In this document: positions 57,627-64,000 of the stretch, piece by piece
How the letters are laid out: each line of letters opens with the position of its first letter
Numbering within the stretch: the first letter of the stretch is position 1
Notes under the pieces: model-generated
The model's database searches: none
The model's input: the letters and a program-made list of their open reading frames with translations, nothing else
Told to the model about the DNA's origin: nothing
Assembly (NCBI GenBank): GCA_016181005.1
Contig: JACPAE010000002.1
Span: 123,682-187,681 of the forward strand
Origin: Candidatus Aenigmatarchaeota archaeon
Lineage (GTDB): Archaea > Aenigmatarchaeota > Aenigmatarchaeia > CG10238-14 > SCSR01
Length of the DNA: 64,000 nucleotides
Direction of reading: 5' to 3'
Program-made: the position numbers and the translations under genes

Positions 57627-58915
57627 TTGCTAATTGCCTCTTTTACGAAACTAATTTCTCCTGCAAGATTAGAATCGAATTTTGATTCACTTAAAAATTT
57701 ACTTCCGTCCAAGGTCAACGGTTTGACGTTTTCTTTTGCGACAAACCCAGGCGATGTCCAAGAGAACGGTCCCATCATAATTCCAGGGTATATCGATGTC
57801 TTGATTCCTGTTTTTGTATAGTCTCCCATAACAACTCCAAACTTTCTCCTGCCTGTGTCAACCATTTGGCCTTTTACATTCAGTCTTATTGACTTGTTGT
57901 CGTGCCTTAAATTTGCGATTATGGTGCCTGCTGCAAGGTTGCAGTTGTCGCCGATTACAGAATCGCCCACGTATGATAGATGTTCTATTTTCGTGTTGTC
58001 CCCTATAATAGTGTTCTTTACCTCAACCGCATTTCCTATCCTGCATCCATTGCCTATGACAGAATTAACCCTTATGAAACAATTCGGCCCTATTGTGCAG
58101 TTGCTGCCAATTATGACAGGGCCTTCTATATAGGCACCAGACTTGATAATGGTGTTTTTACCCACACTGACAGAACCTTTCATCATGACATTTTTTTCGG
58201 CAGCTGGGACGTTTGAGACGATTTCTTTCATCAGCATTTCATTAGCGATTAGGAGATCCCATGGATAACCTATTGGCACCCACTTGCCAGCAATCACACA
58301 TTTCACAGGATGCTTCCCGCACATCTTAAAGACCGCATCAGTGACCTCGAACTCATCCCGCGGGGATTTCTTCACATCTTCCAAAAAGTTGAAAATATCT
58401 TTGTTCATTACATAAAGTCCAGTGTTAGTTAACTTTGAATCGGGATTTTTAGGTTTTTCAATTATATTTTTTACAAATCCTTTCTCAACTTCAACTGAAG
58501 CAAAATTTTCCGGATTTTCCTTTTCATTTGCCAATAGACAGAGGCCACTCTTTAAACACTTCTTGATGTCGTCGCTATGGTAAATGTCATCTCCGCACAT
58601 TACAAGGAATGTTTCGTCCTTTATCATGTCCTTCGCTTGCAGTAACGCATGACCCGTGCCCATTCGCTGCTCCTGCGAGACGAATTTTAAATTCATTCCA
58701 AATGAATTGTTCTTGAGGAAATTTTTTATCTTGTCCTGCAAATAACCTACAACCAGTATCACGTCTCTAATTCCACTCTTTTTTAATTGTTCAAGATTAT
58801 GCTGCAATATTGTTTTGCCGGCAACTTGCAACAGAGGTTTTGGCTTTGTATAAGTCAATGGGCGCATTCGAGTACTATCGCCCGCCAATAGCATTACAGC
58901 TTTCATTCGATTCAC
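57623..58915 (-). CDS. glmU: Bifunctional sugar-1-phosphate nucleotidylyl/acetyltransferase (archaeal GlmU type)
   Basis: RMRPLTYTKPKPLL, hexapeptide repeats, HLSYVGDS, ANLRHD, TGRRKFG. Confidence 0.92.
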   Translation of the reverse strand: MNRMKAVMLLAGDSTRMRPLTYTKPKPLLQVAGKTILQHNLEQLKKSGIRDVILVVGYLQDKIKNFLKNNSFGMNLKFVSQEQRMGTGHALLQAKDMIKDETFLVMCGDDIYHSDDIKKCLKSGLCLLANEKENPENFASVEVEKGFVKNIIEKPKNPDSKLTNTGLYVMNKDIFNFLEDVKKSPRDEFEVTDAVFKMCGKHPVKCVIAGKWVPIGYPWDLLIANEMLMKEIVSNVPAAEKNVMMKGSVSVGKNTIIKSGAYIEGPVIIGSNCTIGPNCFIRVNSVIGNGCRIGNAVEVKNTIIGDNTKIEHLSYVGDSVIGDNCNLAAGTIIANLRHDNKSIRLNVKGQMVDTGRRKFGVVMGDYTKTGIKTSIYPGIMMGPFSWTSPGFVAKENVKPLTLDGSKFLSESKFDSNLAGEISFVKEAISK

Positions 58916-60465
58916 CTGATGAGCTTCATTAATGAAGCCGCAAGCTTTTCAGAGTCGTGAGTCAGCAAACCCAATTCTCCCCACTTGAATTCTTTCCTTT
59001 CATTCAGGAAGTTGCCCTCGATTAATCCAATGGAATTTAATTTTTCTTTATCAACCTGTACCATGCTTGCACCTAATTTCGTAAAATGTTCCAAAACTGT
59101 TTCATCTGGATGAGCTGTATTTACTATGACATAATTAAGAACATGTCCCTTAAGATATTTTTCCAGCGCGTCAACGTGTTTTGAAACAGTAAAATCATCT
59201 GTCACATAAGGTTGCGTCATCACGTTGCAGATAAAAACCTTCTTTGCCATGCTTTGCTTGATAGCCTCAGGCACCCCAGCGACAAGAAGATTAGGTATCA
59301 CGCTTGTATACAAGCCTCCTGGACCAAAAACAATCACGTCTGCATTCTCTATCTCCTCCACAGCCTCCGGCAAAGCCTTTACACCTTCAGACGGTTTCAG
59401 GAAAACTTCGGCTATAGGTGATTTGACTTTGTTCTCGTTCCTTATCTGTGCCTCGCCCTGAATTACAATGCCGTTCTCGTATTTTGCACATATGTCTGTG
59501 TTGACGCCTGTGACTGGGAACACCTTGCCCCTTATCTTCAGTATTTTACCGGCCTGTTTAATCGCCTCTTCGAAAGAATTGAATAATTTAGTAAACGACA
59601 GCAGCAAAAGATTTCCGATGCTTGTGCCTTCAAGATACCCGTCCAAAAATCTGTAATCGAACGCGTTCTTCAGAGTTTCGTCCGCATTCGACAAAGCAAC
59701 CAAGCAATTTCTTATATCGCCGGGCGGCAGAATCCCATAATCCTTCCTCAGCATCCCAGAGTTTCTCCCGTTGTCCATCACAGTTACTATGGCAGTGATG
59801 TTAACATCATATTTCCTTAATCCTTTTATCAGGATGGGGAGACCTGTGCCTCCCCCAATCAAAACAACATTTGGCCATGCGTTCACGCTGAGGTTCAATA
59901 GCTCCCTCTTGCACTGTGCAAGACTCTCGAAAGTTATTACATGAAAGCCCAGCTTTGAAGCGGCTTCCGTGTTCCTAATCTTGTCGTCTATTAACAGAGA
60001 GTTTTCTGGAGGTATGCTGAAGTGCTTTATAACTTCAAGATATGATTCGTGCCACGGCTTTTTGATGCCGCGCTCGAACGACCAGAAGGTAGCGTCGAAT
60101 AACTTGTCAAGCTCGTATTTCTGTATCAGATAGTCGGCCCACTCCTTGGTAAAGTTGGAAAGTATTGCAAGCTTGTATCTGGGCCTTAGGCTCTTAACAA
60201 TTTCCAGCATGCCGGGGATTGGCACGAGCTCCTCCCTTACAAGGGATTTCAGTTGCTCTACAGAATATTTCGTGCCGGTTCTCTTTATGAATTCCTCGAA
60301 GAGTTTTTCCTCAGAGATTTTACCCAGCTGCAAGTCTTTTCTCAAGTCGGAATGGTCTACACTTCTGAACTCCTGCTCGTCTATGTCCAATCGCTTGGAC
60401 ACGCCGTGCCACGAGTTTACTAGCACGTCTTCAAGATCGAATATTATAAGCTTGATAGACATCAT
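58912..60465 (-). CDS. HAD phosphatase fused to YvcK/GlmR (UPF0052) domain
   Basis: IIFDLEDVL, KKP, IDD; then IGGGTG, DNGRNSG, PPGDIRN, GPGGLYTS, THDSEKLA. Confidence 0.9.
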   Translation of the reverse strand: MMSIKLIIFDLEDVLVNSWHGVSKRLDIDEQEFRSVDHSDLRKDLQLGKISEEKLFEEFIKRTGTKYSVEQLKSLVREELVPIPGMLEIVKSLRPRYKLAILSNFTKEWADYLIQKYELDKLFDATFWSFERGIKKPWHESYLEVIKHFSIPPENSLLIDDKIRNTEAASKLGFHVITFESLAQCKRELLNLSVNAWPNVVLIGGGTGLPILIKGLRKYDVNITAIVTVMDNGRNSGMLRKDYGILPPGDIRNCLVALSNADETLKNAFDYRFLDGYLEGTSIGNLLLLSFTKLFNSFEEAIKQAGKILKIRGKVFPVTGVNTDICAKYENGIVIQGEAQIRNENKVKSPIAEVFLKPSEGVKALPEAVEEIENADVIVFGPGGLYTSVIPNLLVAGVPEAIKQSMAKKVFICNVMTQPYVTDDFTVSKHVDALEKYLKGHVLNYVIVNTAHPDETVLEHFTKLGASMVQVDKEKLNSIGLIEGNFLNERKEFKWGELGLLTHDSEKLAASLMKLIR

Positions 60466-62231
60466 TTCACCGTTACGCTCTTCGCGAGATTCCTTGGATG
60501 ATCCGGATCCAAACCTCTCAACACAGCTAATTGGTATGCGAGTATTTGAATGGGAATTATCTGGACTATAGGATTTTCGTTATTTGCCTCGGGCACTTTC
60601 AACCAAAAGTCGAATACTTCGTTGTTCGTTGGTGAAACTCCTATTATGTAACCGCCACGGCTCTTGATTTCGTTCGCGTTTGAAAGAATCTCTTTCTCTG
60701 TCTCCTCCGAAACAAACACGATGCACGGCGTCCCGTCCTCCACAAGAGCTATTGGGCCATGCTTCAATTCTCCGCCCGCAAAAGCTTCTGCATGTATGTA
60801 GGATACTTCCTTGATTTTAAGCGCAGCCTCCAATGCAGTCGTATACTCGAGGCCTCTGCCAATAAGGAAAATGTGTTCCTTGTTTTTCAGCTTTTCAGCG
60901 AGCTCCTTTATCTTTTCCTTGACAGTTGCCGAAGTCAAATGGTAAATCACATTCCACAAATAATTCAGCCTTTTCTTCCCTTCTTCCAATTTTCCCGAAA
61001 GTGCGTATGCCAACAGCGTGAAAAGAGCAAGCTGTGATGTGTAGCTCTTTGTCGCAAGCACGCATATCTCCGGCCCCGCATTCAAATTCAAGAACGAGTC
61101 TGAAGTCCTGGTGAGAGACGAACCTACGACGTTTACAATTGACAGTATCTTGCAGCCTCTCGCCTTGGCATATTTTACAGCCTCCAAGACATCGGCGGTC
61201 TCGCCGCTTTGGGATACTGCAACAACCAATGTTTTTGGCGTGAGGAAATGCTCGTAGTGTGGGAACTCGGACGCCAATACAACGTTGACATGCATTTTGT
61301 TCAGCTTGGATAAAATGTAGCTTGCTGCAAGGCATGCATGATAGGAAGTTCCTGACGCTATGAGGAATATCCCGTGCGCATTCCTGATGCTGTGCACAAC
61401 TCCGTCTACAACTTCTTTGGTCTGTTGGACTGCCTTCTGCACTGTCTCCACCTGCTCGGAGATTTCCTTGAGCATGAAATGATTGAACTCTCCCTTCTCG
61501 GCTTGCCTGATGTCCCAATCTACAGTGTCGACCTTCCTGTTAACATCACCGCCTTCCAAGAGGCTGAAAACTTTCATGCCGGTGTCGGTTAACAATGCCA
61601 CATCGCTGTCATGCATGTAGACAACATTTTTGGTGTGCTCAAGAAATGCCGGAATGTCACTTGCTGCAAAATAGCTCCCATCAGCTACGCCTATGACAAG
61701 AGGCGATCCCTTGCGTGCTGCTACTATCTTTCTTTCATTCTTGTGGAGTGCTAGGATAGCGTAACTGCCTTCAAGCGACCTTAGCGCAGAAAGTGTTGAG
61801 TCATGGAAATTCTTCCCCCTTTTCATTATCTCCTCTATCAGATGCGGTATCACTTCCGTATCCGTCTGGCTTTTGAACTTGTGGCCGTTGCTCACAAGAT
61901 TCTTCTTCAGCTCCTGGTAGTTTTCTATAATGCCATTATGAACAACTGCTATCTTTCCTTCGCAGTCTGTGTGCGGATGCGCATTCTCTTTTGTAACGCC
62001 GCCGTGTGTGGCCCATCTTGTATGCGCAATGCCTAATGTTCCAGGCAGGTCGGAGAAGTTGAGCCGTGTATTAATCTCGTCCACTTTTCCTACATCCTTC
62101 TTCATATGGAACTCCTTGTCCAGAGTGACAATACCAGCGGAATCATACCCTCTATATTCAAGCCTTTTCAGCCCGTTGAACAAGATTGGGGTTGCATTCT
62201 TTGTTCCTATATAGCCAATTATCCCGCACAT
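60462..62231 (-). CDS. glmS: Glutamine--fructose-6-phosphate transaminase
   Basis: MCGIIG, EYRGYDSAG, HTRWATHG, SQSGETAD, PRNLAKSVTV. Confidence 0.98.
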   Translation of the reverse strand: MCGIIGYIGTKNATPILFNGLKRLEYRGYDSAGIVTLDKEFHMKKDVGKVDEINTRLNFSDLPGTLGIAHTRWATHGGVTKENAHPHTDCEGKIAVVHNGIIENYQELKKNLVSNGHKFKSQTDTEVIPHLIEEIMKRGKNFHDSTLSALRSLEGSYAILALHKNERKIVAARKGSPLVIGVADGSYFAASDIPAFLEHTKNVVYMHDSDVALLTDTGMKVFSLLEGGDVNRKVDTVDWDIRQAEKGEFNHFMLKEISEQVETVQKAVQQTKEVVDGVVHSIRNAHGIFLIASGTSYHACLAASYILSKLNKMHVNVVLASEFPHYEHFLTPKTLVVAVSQSGETADVLEAVKYAKARGCKILSIVNVVGSSLTRTSDSFLNLNAGPEICVLATKSYTSQLALFTLLAYALSGKLEEGKKRLNYLWNVIYHLTSATVKEKIKELAEKLKNKEHIFLIGRGLEYTTALEAALKIKEVSYIHAEAFAGGELKHGPIALVEDGTPCIVFVSEETEKEILSNANEIKSRGGYIIGVSPTNNEVFDFWLKVPEANNENPIVQIIPIQILAYQLAVLRGLDPDHPRNLAKSVTVK

Positions 62232-62472
62232 GGAAAAACCAACACATCGCTCTTAATCACTTGCACAAACAAATTTTAAATACGTGGGGGACAGGGAATG
62301 TGAAAATGCGAGGAACCATTCACCCATTGGACATTCCCTCATCCTAAGAAAATAATTCTCATGAGGCCATATAAATCGAGCCTAAAAACATTGTTTACAA
62401 ATGGTGCTCGCGGCTGCAAAAAAAGGTTTAAAAGGCCTTAACCACTAAAGAAAGATTTATAAAGGTAAAAAT

Positions 62473-63402
62473 ATGGTTATAGATATGTCGTACGTTGTAG
62501 AGGAGCATCCGGAAGGCCAGATGATTCGCAGAACTACCATCATGAAGCCAGCTACCTTTAACGCATTGAACAGCGAGCTTGCTGTGAAAATTCTCGAGGA
62601 GCTTGGAAAGAAGTCACAGTGCGCCATGGACATTGCAAGGAAGTTGAAGCAGCACGAGCAGAAGATTTACTATCACATCAGGAGGCTGGAGAAGGCCAAC
62701 ATTGTGAAGCTTCTCAGGCGCGAGGAGCGCGTAGGCGGGCTGGCAAAGATTTACGAGGTAACGCATCCCTACATATCGATGAAGCTTTACGAGGGCGAGC
62801 ATATTGCTGATGTAAAGAGCAGACCGAAGGAGATCGAATTTTTCAAGTCCTTCATAAAGAACGGCAAGTTCGACGGGTTGATTGTTGTAGGTTCGCCAGA
62901 CCCGCATGGAAAGTATGGCGCTCAGGCTTCTGACGGTAGCGCTGCCATAGACTTGGCCTTGCTTCTGGGCAGTTTCCTGCAGAAAGTCTCGCCTAATTAC
63001 AAACTCGACACCGAAGTCAGGGAGAACGACTTGAGGAACAACCTGATTATTGTAGGCGGGCCAAAAGCGAACATTCTGATAGACAGGATAAACATAAATT
63101 TGCCGATTTATTTCGATACAAAGAATGAGTTTAATATTGTTTCCAGTTTCACCAAGTCTGTATACAGCGAGGACAACGTCGGGATTATTGTAAAGATGAA
63201 GAGCCCGTTCGCAAAGGACAAGGAGATTATTCTTCTTTCTGGAAAAAGGTTCAAGGGTACCAAGTCTGCCATTTTAGGACTGATGAAGTATTTGAAAAGG
63301 ATAGAGGACGGGAACAGGTTTGATGAAGGAATAGCAAGGGTTGTTCACGGCATTGACATAGATTCTGACGGAACTATTGACGATGTGGAGTTTCTGGAAT
63401 AG
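62473..63402 (+). CDS. ArsR-like HTH regulator with C-terminal alpha/beta domain
   Basis: AMDIARKLKQHEQKIYYHIRRLEKA; NLIIVGGPKAN; divergent from glmS. Confidence 0.8.
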   Translation: MVIDMSYVVEEHPEGQMIRRTTIMKPATFNALNSELAVKILEELGKKSQCAMDIARKLKQHEQKIYYHIRRLEKANIVKLLRREERVGGLAKIYEVTHPYISMKLYEGEHIADVKSRPKEIEFFKSFIKNGKFDGLIVVGSPDPHGKYGAQASDGSAAIDLALLLGSFLQKVSPNYKLDTEVRENDLRNNLIIVGGPKANILIDRININLPIYFDTKNEFNIVSSFTKSVYSEDNVGIIVKMKSPFAKDKEIILLSGKRFKGTKSAILGLMKYLKRIEDGNRFDEGIARVVHGIDIDSDGTIDDVEFLE

Positions 63403-63450
63403 ATTCCTGATAATACGGCTTATAGTAACCAAAGGCGAGCAACGTAAGAA

Positions 63451-64000
63451 TCACTGAGGTTTGGAAATTCTTTTCCTCAAAAATATTAAAATGACAGCTA
63501 TAACTATCACCACTAATATAACCAATATCCAAGAGCTGTTTTGCGGCAGAATTTCGGCAATGCCGGAAGGTTTTTCTTCTGTCGTCTGTTCTGTTGTCGG
63601 CTGTTCAACCTCACCAGACTTAACCTCGCCACTTATTGCAAAAATTGAGAGCCCTGAAAACTCGGCTTCATAATAAACATTCTCACTGTCGCTACTGCTT
63701 CTAGTTGTTGACAGTTTTTCCCATCTGTCAGTAGAGTCCAAATATCTCTGCAGTGTTATCATCGCCTCGTCAATATGATTTTCCTCAATCCACGATTTTT
63801 CCACCTTAAAATTGATCTTGGTTTTGTTTATATCAGCATTTGTGATGTTCGCTTTGGTTATTTCAACATAATGGTAGACCTTGCCGGAAGCTTCGTTTAC
63901 AACTGAGGCAGGCACAGCATTCAGTTTCGACACAATGATCTGTATATTATTCACAGAATTTTTAACAGTTATCTCAACTCTGCCAATTGCGATGTCCTGT
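63451..64000 (-). CDS. PGF-pre-PGF domain surface protein (5' end outside window)
   Basis: VYHYVEI, INFKVEKSWI, YEAEFSGLSIFAISG, C-terminal TM plus basic tail. Confidence 0.85.
   Translation of the reverse strand, partial: QDIAIGRVEITVKNSVNNIQIIVSKLNAVPASVVNEASGKVYHYVEITKANITNADINKTKINFKVEKSWIEENHIDEAMITLQRYLDSTDRWEKLSTTRSSSDSENVYYEAEFSGLSIFAISGEVKSGEVEQPTTEQTTEEKPSGIAEILPQNSSWILVILVVIVIAVILIFLRKRISKPQ

Noticed and set aside
62232-62400. glmS ribozyme
   Set aside because: No recognisable glmS ribozyme core or pseudoknot pattern upstream of glmS

Overview
Core chromosomal segment of an archaeon, most consistent with DPANN (Aenigmarchaeota-like; inferred from gene content and divergent rRNA). 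1-7.8 kb: a surface module with a frameshifted secreted protein carrying ~30 20-aa repeats, a large Ig-like membrane protein, a KaiC-like ATPase, a lipoprotein, a phage-virion-like beta protein and a membrane protein. 7.8-16.8 kb: the distal spc-type ribosomal cluster (rps8 to rpl14e, secY, cbf5), interrupted by an antisense Ni-SOD pair (sodN/sodX). 17-30 kb: tRNA-Ser, GTPases, speD, two deoxyhypusine synthase homologues, gatDE, pyrG and ORFans. 30-38.5 kb: an uncharacterised cluster with paired nucleotidyltransferase-HEPN genes and two metal TIM barrels. 39-42 kb: TFB, Nob1, histone, eIF5A. 42.3-52.2 kb: minus-strand 16S, tRNA-Ala and 23S, separated by protein genes. By manual reading the rRNAs carry 17 bulge-helix-bulge (BHB) introns. 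Two encode LAGLIDADG enzymes, two carry non-nuclease ORFs with their own TATA boxes, one lies in the sarcin-ricin loop, and one pair flanks a 4-nt exon. 52.7-64 kb: tRNA-His, tRNA-Met, an adk-ndk fusion, argS, a glmS/HAD-GlmR/glmU/lpdA operon, an HTH regulator and a partial PGF-pre-PGF protein. All calls come from motif recognition by eye; intron boundaries may be off by 1-2 nt and E. coli rRNA numbering is approximate.
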